The notes under the pieces: generated by a model | Told to the model about the DNA's origin: nothing | Seen by the model: the letters and a program-made list of their open reading frames with translations, nothing else | Database searches by the model: none | Origin: Felis catus | Lineage: Eukaryota | DNA: 64,000 nt | Assembly (NCBI RefSeq): GCF_018350175.1 | Contig: NC_058368.1 | Coordinates: 126,916,001-126,980,000 of the forward strand | Direction: 5' to 3' | In this document: positions 1 through 12,725 of the stretch, piece by piece | Layout: every line of letters begins with the position of its first letter | How positions within the stretch are numbered: position 1 is the stretch's first letter | Program-made: the position numbers and the translations under genes

Positions 1-930
1 GCTCAGCTAGCGGGGCGGCCGGCCTCGGGGAAGCACGGTTGCTCCAGCTCGGCGTCTCAGTCCAGCGTCCGGGCAGGGCGCACGAAGCGCGGCAGGCCAA
101 CTTTTACTCGGAGGCACGGACAAAAACCTCACGGCGCGACTCTTCGACGGTGCGGCGGGCCCGAGTGCCGGCCCCGGGAGGCTGGCGAAGGGGGCGGCGC
201 GCGCGCCTCTGGGCCAGCCCCGCGGCGGGAGCTCCCGGTCCACGGCCGGGTCTCGTCGCCGGCCGGCCCGAGCGGCGTCCCCGCTCCCGCTCCGCCCGCC
301 GAGCCTTCTCACGACGAGAATGAATCAGCCGCGGCCGGGTGCGCGGCCACCACGTTTCCTGTTTTCTTTCTCAACTCCCCCGGCGCCCGGCGCAGCGCCG
401 CTCCATCGCCGCGGCTTTCCGGGAACACTCCCCCTCACGCCCCTCGCGGTCCTCGCCGCCGCCGCCTGGCCCCTCCTCAGCTCCCTGACGAGGAGCCTGC
501 CAACTGCCAAGGCCCGCCCGCGCCCCCCGCCGCCGCCTTCCCCGAAGCCCCAGTCCCGACAGCCCCGCCGCCTCGCCGGGGCATCACCCCGCGCAGCCCG
601 GCGCCGCTCGCTTTGAAGCCGAGCCCGGGAGGCGCGGACGCGAGCGCGTGTGTCTGTGGGGCTGCTGTGGGGCTGCGCGAGGGGGAGCGGCCCAAAACCC
701 GGCGTGGAGCGCCTGCCGCCCGGGGTCGCGCCCGCCGCGGGGCTCAGGCGGGACCTGGCGCGCACGCGCGCGCGCGCGGCCGCGCACCTGCCCCACGGGG
801 ACCCCGCGCGCCCCTCCCGGTCGCCCCGACTGCCCCAGCCTCCACGTCTCCACCGTCGGCCGCCACCTGCGAGGTTTCGCGGGAGAGTCCGACGGGCGGC
901 ACAAACAAGGTTATTTAGGACCCGCGCGAT
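1..930. promoter_or_regulatory. CpG island / promoter and probable first exon of an unidentified gene, truncated by the window edge
   Basis: Very GC- and CpG-rich up to ~930, then an abrupt switch to AT-rich, CpG-poor DNA. Motifs: NRF1-like GCGCACGCGC (760-769), E2F-like TTTCGCGG (875-882), GC box GGGCGG (894-899), GAS/STAT TTCCGGGAA (417-425). Direction of transcription is not established. Confidence 0.9.
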
Positions 931-3900
931 CGTTTTTTGTGGGTTTGGGTTTTAGGATTCTTGAAGCTTCGTTTCTGAAGACTTAGGATTTACCTGCTTC
1001 AAGGGGACAGGGTAGTTATGGGAATAAAATTCTTTCTGTTGAAACCAGACTCTTTCAGTACGCAGCCCGGCCCCTGCTAAGTACCAGGCCTCTACATTTT
1101 GGCGTGGACATAAAGAAGCAAACAAAAACAATGTTGGAGGCTTTAGAATTTACAGATTTGACAATATGCTGTATTTTCACGCTCAGAACTAAGAGTTCTC
1201 TTAAAGGAACAGCAATGTGAATGCCCATATAATATGGGCAGGTGACACATGTCCTGCATACATGCTTCCTCCGTGCTTGGGGCTGCAAATCAGAGACCAG
1301 GATGATCTTGTAATGCCAAAGGAAGAAGCCTGGAAGGGTGTTTCTGCCCACCGTGCTCACAAAAAACTACAAAGGTGAGAAAATGAAAAGACCATATCCA
1401 AAGGTATCATATGGAAGCTGGTTCCATTTACAAAAGCTGACCCTAGGGACCACAGGCAGACTACGTAAAAGGATCAATTGCAGACAACTTTACTGCATTA
1501 GCAAGCAGATAAACAAAACTTTCAGGGGGGAAAATAATCCAAACTCCAGAGTCGCATCTTAAAACACTTGGTCCTTGTCAATTACAAAGACTACACTGAA
1601 AAGCTTAAGTGAAGTCGGTGAGATCCCTTTTCTTTGTCTTCAAATCTACAGGAATTGAAGGAGAAGAAATTCTGCCCTTGAAATTTAGACTCCATAAAAG
1701 ATCAGTGGGACAACAAAGAACTTCGCACACTGAATCTTGGCTCCTGGGATTTACCAGATAGGTTTTAATACAGCGTTTGCAAAAGTTAGAATAACTTTCA
1801 AAGTATTTGCTACATCTGCTACATGGCTCATTGTTATCAAGGATTCTTGGACTGTTTGGTATTCACTTTAGGGACTTAGGTTAAAATTTGTCTTTTTTAT
1901 TCCTTTTCCTTTTAAGCGCCAATCTCTGTAAATATATACTTTAGGTGCACCAACAGCTGCCTAAATCTTGCAAGGTAAATTTATGGACCTTTATTTCCCC
2001 TAACAAAAGTAACAACCTTAAAGACAATTTAAAATAATAAAAATAAAGTATTTTATCTGTGTAGCCTTTCCCTGATTATAAGAATATAAAAATATTAAAT
2101 GATTCTTATAAAAATGGAAAAAGAGAAACATGACACAATGTAGAAAGTCCCTCGTAATCCCATACCCTAAGGATCACAAACAATAATTAAGCCTATGACC
2201 ATAACACAATTTCATTTTACTTAATACCTTCCATATGCAAGTATAGAATAACCTAGTTGAAACGGTAGTATGTCTACTATATGGTTTTATTTTGTTTTTG
2301 CTTTTTTCCCCTCTACTGCATAAAATAAGGATGCAGGACATTTAGAAAGGAAATTAAGTTATTTTAGGTTGAGTTGTCTATAGTAAGCACATCCAGTGGG
2401 TTAGAGATGCAAAACCATTGTTCATTGCCATCTCTCCAGTCACTGGCAACATAAAGAAGCCAGGAATCTTCTCTCCACACCTCTAAGGGTTGGTTTTCCA
2501 TGTTCCTCTCCCTTCACTCCATATCTTTCAAAGTCTGAGCCCCAAAGGGATCTTCCCAGTGTAAGTAATCTTCTCCTCATCTTCACCAACTTCTCAAACT
2601 TTTCAGAAATACAGGTCTTGGGCATAGCTGAATGTGGTGCCACATATTATATTTCAGTATTTACTTTTTAATCATCACGGGGGAAAAGTAATTCAGTCAA
2701 GTTTCAATGCTTCAAGACATCATACACTTAAATATGGGACTTGACCTTAAGAAGGCAGAATAGCAACAAGAGGGACAACTTATTTCAGAAGATCTACTTT
2801 ATGTTCATATCAAAAATTAGCCATTTTGACAATCAGCATTTGGGTACAATAATAGTGTGGTACGCATGTATATGTTAAGTTCTACCCACTTCTGCATGCA
2901 TTGTATAAATCTAGAGAGTGGTCACTACCTACCAATAACCAAGAAAATAATTACTGACAGAGCAAAGAAGTTTGTTCTATAAAACTGTTGTTCAAATAAG
3001 GAATTATTGCTGATATTAGCATAGAGCTAAGAATACTACTTTTTCCGAATTCCTAGGTTTATAGGCAATATGGCCAGCCACAATTTTTAAGGATCATTAT
3101 TAAATCTTGACTTTTAGGAATTTTAACCCCAAATGTTCTAAGACATCGAGTGACTGACCTTTTCATCCCCACTAAAAAAACCTCACTGTGGACTTGCCAG
3201 CTATCCTACAGGAAATTGAGTCACCATACCAAACAACACACCTAAACGTCATCGACAGCTAGCAGGACAAAAACAGTGACCTAGTTTAATTTTGGATTTT
3301 ACCAAGAACATACACCGCATTCATTAATAAAATGCTTTCTCTCCAAAGTATTCAGTGTGGCACTACTTGAAAACACTATATGAGAGTTTGTTTTTTTTTC
3401 AACCATCCAAAATCTTGCTAAGTCAAGGAACTGCAAGGAGAAAAATGCCCAAGCAACAACTGTTAGCTAAATCCCATGAAAGCTAGGAGAGGACTATCAA
3501 ACAGCAACAGAGAAATAGCTTGAGCTCTTGGAAGTCCCCTCCTACAGCAGTGCTCGTTTTTTGTTTTTTGTTTTTTGTTGTTTTTTTTTTTGTTTGTTTT
3601 TTCAAGCCACCCTTGAACTATGTCACACCTGTGTTTCTGCTCAGGCTCTTCTGTGAACAAACAGTCCTCAATTCTTGCAGGCCAGCACTAGGCTTCCGTC
3701 ACTGTGATGCAATCAAGGGTTCCCCTGACACATGGCCTGAAACAGTGCCAGGGGCTCCCGGAGAAGATGCTGAAGCAGCAGCTTCCTTTTGAAAAGGGGA
3801 AAAAAGTCATCGCCTCAGAGCCACAGCAGTTAGCTAGAGGCTGAGGTGGTTTTCTTGGGAAACGTTCAGCCAATTACTCTTCTCCACGACTTAAAACAAA

Positions 3901-5211
3901 GCTGACTATTGAGATGAAAGGATCCATTCTAACTGATGTGTAATTGTGTGGATATTGGTTCTTTTTTATGGCCCATAGTTGAATGATTAAAGGTCCATGT
4001 AAGTTAGTGATAATTCCTAGACAGGCCTATCGGTGTAAATGAAGAGAACAGGTACAAAAAAAAATCACTTTGGGTACCATTTGTTTACATTTAATTAAAA
4101 TATAAATATAAATACTAACAGTTGATTCAGATTTTTGTTAAAAAGAAACTTCACTAAATATCTTCAGAAAGCAAATACTTAAATACATGTATCTTCCTAA
4201 TCAGGTCCAGCTTCTCCCATCCTAATTCCCACCAAAATTCCCTCTTTGTTCCTAAGGATGGAGTTAATAGTGTCTAAAGTAGGTAGAACTGGAGGAAAAT
4301 GATTCCTATTTCACCATGTATTGCTTCAAGGGAGTTACTCCTTGAGTTTGCTACAGTAGAAGATTTGTCCAGGTTAGCTCTAACTTTTGCTGACTTACGT
4401 TGTTTTTTTTTTTCCTTCTATACACTTTATCTGATGGGAAATACATGAAGGGATTGGATTCACTTTCAATGTATACATGTAACAGGTTTAAGCAGAGCCT
4501 TGCTAGTGGCAAGCTGCTCTCATTGCCAAGTGTATTACTGACATCAAGTTCTTGTTTTGAAGTTTTTTAAAATCTTATGAAATATATAAAATTTCACTTA
4601 GTACTTCCAGAAACTCCAAAGGGAAGATGTACATGGTTTTGTGAGGTTTCTTTTTTTCCTTTGTCTTCCTACCATCTATTGTTGTTTTTTTTTTCTAATG
4701 CCACCTAAGGCTCTAGTAGAATTTTTATAATGAAATAAACACAATATTAGGTTTCAATTGACTTCTACAACCAGCAGTAATTCAACAAACATTTGGTTAG
4801 CACCAACTATGTGTCATGCACTTTATTAGAGTCTATAAAAACAAGGTGACTAAAAGAGTGTGTCCCTTATCCAAGGAAAACCTAGACTTTGACATTGGAG
4901 ATGATTTAAGCATACTATATTGTAGAAAGCATTCTGAAAGGAGATAGCATGTAGGCTATTGGAGAATAAAAGAAAGCTATTTAAATACACCATTCCCTGA
5001 CATTTACAGGCACGCAATAAATATTTGTGAGTAAATAACCAATAAGTACACATGTATTATGACAAAAGAATATTTCTTTGCAAGTAATATTCAAGCAGTA
5101 ATAGTTTCCTGGGTATGGCTCTCTAGATATATTCATCTCTACCTATCTCTTAGGCTCAGTCTACTGCTTTCTACCTCTCCTACTTGTCTCTTTTTAAAGA
5201 ATGTCAGGAAC

Positions 5212-5427
5212 GGGAGTGCCTGGGTGGCTCAGTCGGTTAAGTGGCCAGCTTCGGCTCAGGTCATGATCTCATGGTCCATGAGTTCGAGCCCCGCATTGGG
5301 CTCTGTGCTGACAGCTCAGAGCCTGGAGCCTGCTTTGGATTCTGTATACCCCTTTCTCTGCTCCCCCCCTCCTCACTAGTACTCTGTCTCTCAAAAATAA
5401 ACAAATGTTAAACAATTAAAAAAAAAG
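5212..5427 (+). mobile_element. Can-SINE (felid SINEC type)
   Basis: tRNA-derived head GGGAGTGCCTGGGTGGCTCAGTCGGTTAAG, CT tract, A tail; perfect 17-bp TSD TAAAGAATGTCAGGAAC (5195-5211 / 5428-5444). Confidence 0.97.
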
Positions 5428-5889
5428 TAAAGAATGTCAGGAACTAACATTGCCAGAACTTTGCTTAAGTACACCATGGTGTCTTTCTGGAGAGCAATGT
5501 TAATATGATACTTAAAGTGATAGATATGGTAATACATACATAAAATGATCTTTACAAAATCAAAAGAAATTTTGAAAGAACCCATCAATACACCAGAACA
5601 CAGCTTGGGGATAACAGGTGAATGAACTAAAGGTCATGTGCCATCCTCCCAAGATCAGGAGAATGTAAATTAAAACTGGGGGTATACTGAATCTCCTACT
5701 TACTCTTGCTAATTCTAAGTCTAGCCAATCTGTAGTGCTCATGTTACTTTCTAGCAGACGCATTTAAATGTATATTTGTCTCTCCATATAACAAAATTAA
5801 ATACTGTCTATCCCCTCTCCATGTGATTATTCTATGTTTTCACTGTTTCATCTCCATCATCACATTCCCATCTGCTTTCCCATCCCTGT

Positions 5890-5942
5890 ACCACACACAC
5901 GCACACGTGCGTGCACACATACACACACACACATACACACAC
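5890..5942. repeat. Imperfect (CA)n microsatellite
   Basis: ACACACACGCACACGTGCGTGCACACATACACACACACAC read directly. Confidence 0.85.
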
Positions 5943-6225
5943 TGTTGGTTTTTCGTTTCTATGTTTTCCTTAGAATATGACTTTCCTGTCTTAAGAACCA
6001 CTTCTTAGTCTTTATATTGTATTGACCAGTTATATTATATGATATATTTATTTTCTGTAAAAATTTTACTTAATTCCTTGCTCACTATTCTATCTTGCAC
6101 ATTCCATCATCCTCATTTCCTGATCTTTGTTCTGATGTTTCACAAGGAGAGAGGACCTCTGTAAATGATTGCCCATAAAGGAGACACTGGTGGAAGGTAT
6201 ATCTTTTGATTTCTTGCACTTTAAA

Positions 6226-6439
6226 TTTTTTTAATGTTTATTTATGAGAGAGAGCGAAAGAGAGAAAGAGTGTGAGTGGGGGAAGGGGGCAGAGCGAGAG
6301 GGAGACACAGAATCTGAAGCAGGCTTCAGACTCTGAGCTGTCAGCACAGAGCTCATTGCGGTGCCTGAACCCATGAACTGTGAGATCGTGACCTGAGCCC
6401 AAGTCGGACACTTAACTGACTGAGACGTCCAGGTTCTCC
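6226..6439 (-). mobile_element. Can-SINE
   Basis: Reverse-oriented SINEC body (GAGACACAGAATCTGAAGCAGGC); TSD TGATTTCTTG(C/T)ACTTTAAA at 6207-6225 / 6440-6458. Confidence 0.95.
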
Positions 6440-7184
6440 TGATTTCTTGTACTTTAAAAGGCACGGTGCTTCTTAACCTTTTCAGAAGTTCAATAAACCT
6501 TTGAGAATCTGATGCCAACCTCCTTAGAAAACTGGACACAAGTCGGTGTGATCAAACTTTTTTATTTTCAAAGTATTCACTGACTTCCCTGAAGTCACCA
6601 TGGACTCCAGGTTGAGAATTCCTATCTGAATAGGAAGGAGAAAATACTTGTTTTCATCAAGAATCTTTCACTCAGAGTCAGTACCTCTGCTGCCCTCTTT
6701 GTTTCCTTACTCCCCTCATTGTGAAATACCTAAGAGAAGTAATGCCAAAGGGTCACTCATTTCGTTTAAAGGAATTGAAGTCAGGGCTAGGAAAAAAAAA
6801 TTACACAACATGTGTCCAAAGAAACAGTAGGCTCTTTTAAACATTAAGGCTATAAACAGAGTCTCAGAAGGGTAATTTATTATGTCCAATTTTTGTTCTC
6901 ACTACTTGTGCTATAAGGAGAACATGTGAGTGAGAAGCCATGTTGGCCTACTGGTAAACCTGCATTTGTTAAATGTGTGCATAATACAGAGCAAGTTTCA
7001 GAACTCAGGACCACATTAGGAATACTTGGCTTGCCTACTTGTAAATAAGTTTGGTCCATGCACAAACTTAATTAAAAGAAATTAGTTTTCTAGGTGTATG
7101 AGAGTATCTAGGGATATTTAGATTTGGATAGGAAAGTTTTTTACACATGTACAAGAATCTATAACCTATAGAGTTCCCTACCAG

Positions 7185-7410
7185 GGGTAGTATGACAGAT
7201 CAAAAAGAACATGGCTTTTGGAGTCACCCAGAATTTGAATTCTGGTTTTGCCATTGTTCTAGTTGTGTTATATTAAATTAGCCATTTAAATATCCAAACC
7301 TTTATAAGTAAGTTGGGAAGTTTTATGAGAAATGCATTTAAAAATGCATGAAAAATCCCAAGGGCCATATCTGACTTATAGTAGGTACTCAATCAATAGT
7401 AATTATTATT
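7185..7410 (+). mobile_element. MIR SINE relic
   Basis: GAACATGGCTTTTGGAGTCA...TTTGAATTCTGGTTTTGCCA and a 3' end TAGTAGGTACTCAATCAATAGTAATTATTATT. Confidence 0.7.
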
Positions 7411-8199
7411 CTGACTCACCATATGAGGTTGTTTAAATAAGTTAATCTGCAATAAGGCATTTAACACATGAAAGGTTTCTTCTTCTCTCACAGGTTCTCA
7501 ATCCTTAACCAATTACTTTTCCTATCATTACCATCAACACCCAACCATTAACCAGTTCTGGGCTGAATATTAACAAGGAATCTACGATCTAGAATAGCCT
7601 TCATAAGACCACACCAATCATGTCAAATCACTGTGTATAAAAAATATGTATAAGGTAAGTCACGGGTTAATAAAAGAACACCACTTACTATGAGGTTACT
7701 GGGAAGTTCATTCTAATATTTCCCAAAGAATGTTCAACTGATTATTACTCTTATAAGTTTCTTCTTACCAAAAGAATTATGTAATCAAACAAGTTTGGGA
7801 AATGTTATATTTGTAGCCTCTTTGCTGTCCTTTGTAATGGACATGAACCTACCAAAAACTAGAAGTTCCACAGCAAAGAAACCTGTTTAATGTCATTTAA
7901 CACATATTACCTAAACTTATTTGATCCTGAAACAGGTTTTTTTTGTCATGCAACCATTATCATCTTTTGAAGCATACTTTGGGAAAGTTTGTTCTGTACC
8001 ATATTAGATGAGTCCAAAAACATAAACACAATATATACCTTTTGTAGGCTTCCATGTATTTGCAATCTGTCATGTTTTCGACATCTAATTTCCCCTCCTC
8101 AGAGCTTTATGTACTGTTGAGAAATGGTCAGAGAGTAATCTTCATCCTTTCCTTCCTTTCTTTTTTTGTCTTTTTCTTTTCCCCAGAAAGAGAGCGGTT

Positions 8200-8790
8200 A
8201 AAAAATCTATAGATATTTATTGAGTCTCTCTGATGTGCTGGTGGCGGTGAAATGCAAGAACATGAAAGATTCAGCGGCCTGGACCTGGGAAGGAACTTAC
8301 AATATCCCGCTGAGAAAATCAGACACGTGACCAGCTGCTGCCTAGAGAAACTGTGAGGTGGCGTGGAAATCATTCAGTATGTAAGCGCTACTGTAGTTCA
8401 GAGCTGAGGGTGGGGGGTGAGGGGGTGGGGAGAGATGTACTGTAGCTAAGCGTGCAGGGTTCCAGGAAGAAGGTGAACCTGGATGTAGGTCTTAGACAAA
8501 GTCTGTGGTTTGAATGGCTGTGGGAGGAGGGTATCAGCCGGCATTCTTTTCAGGAGAAAGAAATGTGTGAAGCCTGAATAACAGTTATATGTGTGGGTGG
8601 TCAATAGCCTGGATGGAGTAGACTCCTTCCAGGGAGGAGAAGGGAAATAGGGTTGAACACTTTAATGCGTGGCCTTGAGCTAATGGGTATTGAGGGAATT
8701 GGATAAGTGCACTGGTGGGCCAGGAGGATGAAATAAAAGAGTGAAAAGGACAGAGGTTAAGAATCCATTCCAGTAGTCCAGATGTATAGT
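8200..8790 (-). mobile_element. L2 LINE relic
   Basis: ATATTTATTGAGTCTCTCTGATGTGCTGG followed by the purine-rich antisense L2 pattern; boundaries approximate. Confidence 0.6.
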
Positions 8791-10089
8791 GGTAAGCAGG
8801 GAGTTCTAGAAGTATTCATTTTAGTGGCCTACTCAGACAGTAATGGGCAACAGAAGTAGCATGACACTGGAGACAGAGATCTAGGTTCCTCGGTTGGCTC
8901 TGCAACTTAGCAACCATGTGGCAAATTTAGATGAATTATTTAACTTCTCTACCTCAGCTTTCTCTTTTGCAAAATAGGGCCCAAAATACATCCTACCAAA
9001 GGTCACCCCCCCAACACTGGCCATTTTCCACATCTTATTTGAATTTTAAGACTAACTATAATTTTAAAATCACTTTTCCATCTGCCTATCTCATTTTTGT
9101 TTCATTTCAACTTAAATGCATAATTTGTTTAAAAAATTATAAATATTTATCAAGTCACTTACATGTAATACATAACAGCTGCTTTCAACAGCAGTGCATC
9201 TCCCCCGCCCGTCTCTTCTTAAAATACAAAGGTATCAAAACAATTCTGTACGTATTTTTGATAACAGTAGTAGTCAGCACCTGGATCGCTCTGAAAATTA
9301 ACCCAGTTAGTATTCACTATACCTTCTACTTTAAGAAATTTAAACTATAGTCGTTTTATTAAGCAAGATTAATAAAACATGCTATTCATGTTTTATTTTA
9401 TTCTGAAGATTAGATTTTGAAAATATATATTATCCCATAGCAATCTGGACACTTCTTGCCATCCATGATCATGTAACTCCAACTTTTATTTTGAGTATTC
9501 CAGGTTTATGCTTAAATGATATCTCCTTGATAAGAGAAAAAAATAATTGCATAGCATTTTATTCCCATTGTTTAAAAACTAAATGGCTACATACACACAA
9601 GCATGTACACAACACACGCACACACACACATCTGTGTGTATGTATGTATTTATCTCTGAGGCATATTTACTAGCCAGAATTCTTTTATTTAATGTGTGGG
9701 AATTTTGCTTTGAGATCTATTAAAGTATTAATGTGAGTAAAAGATTTTTGACTTAAGACAAGCTTGAGATCCACTAAAAGTAATTATTGTAGTATGGACT
9801 TCTGGCGACTTTGTATTTTTTTAAACAAGTTTTCTTTCCCTCTTCTCTCTTCATCCCAGTTTGTAATAAAAGTCTGTGGAATACCAGGATTTCTAAAGTA
9901 CAAGCTATCTAATATGCAGATACTTTGTAAAGCATTTTTCCTAATATGTGTGAATTTCTGGAGCACACCAAGGTTTACCAGTTGAACACACAAACAGGGA
10001 TCACTCACTATGGGAGCCAGACACATCATGTGAATGAAGGAATGATGTGGTGAGTGGGGACTTCCGGAGCAGCAGGTGGAGACTTCAGA

Positions 10090-10275
10090 GGTCATATGTG
10101 GGAATGCTGCCCAACTGGTGCCAGATCTTCAGACTGTTCAAAAGAATCCCGCATTTGAATTTTTTAATGCGAAATCTATGTTTTTTAAATTTTGACAACA
10201 ATTAAAAAAAAAAGTTAAACATCTTAAGGACGAAACAAAAGTCTATGGACCTTAGTGGACAGTTTGCAACTTCTA
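10090..10275 (-). mobile_element. hAT-Charlie (MER102-like) DNA transposon fragment
   Basis: GCCAGATCTT...TTTTTAATGCGAAATCT is an approximate reverse complement of the core of the element at 61583-61903. Confidence 0.5.
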
Positions 10276-12519
10276 ATATCGACAGTGCTTAGCACAAGTG
10301 ACAGAGACCTTCCTGAGAGCAGTACTTTAGGCAAGCCCATAAGAACATTATAATTTCAAGGTAGAGAAATTAAGTTAAGAAGCGTTTCTGGAATCTAGGA
10401 TGCTAATATGGTGTTGTTAAAAGACTATTTGGAGCCAAAAGGCAGATTCCTTTCCAGGTTCCAATGGTTACTCACAACTGGTCTGGCCCAAATAATCTCA
10501 GCTGTCTGTGGACCAACTGGACCCCAATGAGATGTGCTATGAGGAATTAGGCCTGACCAAAAACATCTGACTCTAATGACTTAACAATTGCTAAAGACCC
10601 AACCAATCAGGGAGCACTGTTTCCCAAAGACTGCCATGCATCCTAACCCTTTCGTTGGCAAATGAATAGGAAAATTAAATCTTTCCACTTAGCCTTCATT
10701 TTCCTTTCTAGTTCTTAGTATCTTACAAATAAATTCCTGGAACACCTATCTGTTTCCTCCATTTGTAGAGGTTTTTTCCTTTGTCAACCCCTCCTACAAA
10801 ATCATATGTTTCCAAAGCACCTCTCGTATAATAATATCTGTCCTTAGGCAAGACCGTATCCTGGATTTTTAATCCCTATTGGCTAGCATTCAAACTTGTT
10901 AGCCTCTTGAGAACTCCTCTAAAATCCATCTGACTGGACCCACCTGTCCTTGCCATCCCCTGTGGCTGATCCCACCCACATACCCACCTTTTGTCAGCAA
11001 GAGTCCCATGTCTTCACATTTGGTCATGTTTGTGGCTTGCTGGTCCAATACTGCCCTCCCATTTTCCTTCCATCTATTCAATTCCTACCTTTCACAGACT
11101 AAGTCCTTTATGCAAAGTTTCCTTCAAAGGAAGCTCTGCAAGAAGCAGACGACAAACTCTCCATAGGAATAACAGGAAGTTCTCTGGTGGAGGAAGTCAG
11201 TCTTGAGATCATCCAGGGAAAGGCAGTACTCAGGAGGAGATTAAGGGCAATGGGTTCCCGAGTTGGAGGAAAACCACATACTTTATTTGTTTTGGTTTCA
11301 CCTGGACTGAGTCCTTTCCACAGACAAAGTTGGGAAACTAGGGATTGTTACATGATTCATCCTGATATAGTTAAATGTTAGTTTGATTCAACCAGTAGAC
11401 AAATACTTGTTGAACACCTGCTGGGGGTATCTGGTAGGCTAAGAGGTACTAAACTTACAGATCTGAATGCAGATCTCTGGCTTTAAGGAGCCTACCACTT
11501 AGAGGTAGTGAGTGACAAATGAACAATCACAGAGATTTCAAAAGAAATGCATGTATGTAACAGCAGAAGCATGCAGAAGGTCAAGAAAACTTAGAGGATC
11601 CAGCCAGGCCTCCCCTAGAGGCTGCCCATGCTCTGCTCTACCTGCTAACTCATGGTCAGAGGTTGCAAACTTGGCTGGGACTTTAGAGAACAGTGTGTCA
11701 ACAACAGAAGAGTGGATCTGGTGGCTCAGATGGGGCAAGAACCAGCTCACGGCATAAGACCTCAGGCACACCATGCACAAAAGAGTCTTTTCCTTTTCTA
11801 ACTCTTCAAATTCTCCAGGGGAAGCCTAGGAATGAGGGGAAAAGGGACATAGGGAGCTACAACCACTGCAGCAAAAGGAAAGAATAGGCCCCAAGTCTCT
11901 GACAGTGTAGAAACTCAGCCAACTGTAAGCTGGAACATCAAGATGATAATGTTTATTCAAAAAAATATAATTAAAGAGGCAACTGTGGGAGGGAGAAGAG
12001 AAAAACTGGGGCTGCCTGATAAGTGGGTGAAGAAAACCCAGTACCTTAAGAACTTGATTGTATTTTATAGCTTGAATTCCTCACTTGCTGCTGCCTCTGC
12101 CTGCTTCCTTGTCCTCGTCCTCCTCCACAGGAGCAGGCCTCCATGGCCCCAGAGTCGTGATCTCTTTGTGGGGAATGAACATTTAGAAATGAATTCATCT
12201 AGCCAAGTAACCATCGCTAAATTAATTTTCCTTCAGGTTGAGTGAGATTGGCCCTTGAATTTAGCCTGTGTGGTGAGGTCCTAGAGGAAGGTGCGGGTTC
12301 TGCCGGCAGAAAGCCCCTGCTCCAGCTCTATCCCCACCCATTCCTTTATTTAGAAACAAGGCCACCAGGTCCTTGCTCTTTTTACTCCCTGAATGGACAA
12401 TATGCTGACTTATTCTGGTACAGAGAGGGACCTTACAAGGATTGAAAATCCAGGAGAATAGTTTTCGGGGTGAGGTAGTCCTTGTTTCCAAACCTAAGCT
12501 TTGCCACAGACTAACCTGA

Positions 12520-12725
12520 GACCCTCATACAAGCTCATTAACTTACCTAAGCCTGTTCTCTGATTTGTAAATGGAGAAAGCAGTACCCACATCATACAGT
12601 GATTTTGAAGATTAAATAGGATTATGAATGTAAAGCAGTGCTTGAGAAACAGTAAGTGCCCCAAAAAACAATGATGATGATGAATTTTATATGCAGGCAC
12701 ATAGAGTGTATTAGGACTTTTTGAA
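12520..12725 (+). mobile_element. MIR SINE relic
   Basis: Core TTAACTTACCTAAGCCTGTTCTCTGATTTGTAAATGGAG...GATTAAATAGGATTATGAATGTAAAGCAGTGCTT. Confidence 0.7.

Noticed and set aside
7..986. Nine overlapping 70-146 aa ORFs in the CpG island
   Set aside because: Arg/Pro/Gly/Ala-rich on both strands, as expected from stop-poor GC-rich DNA; no recognisable protein.
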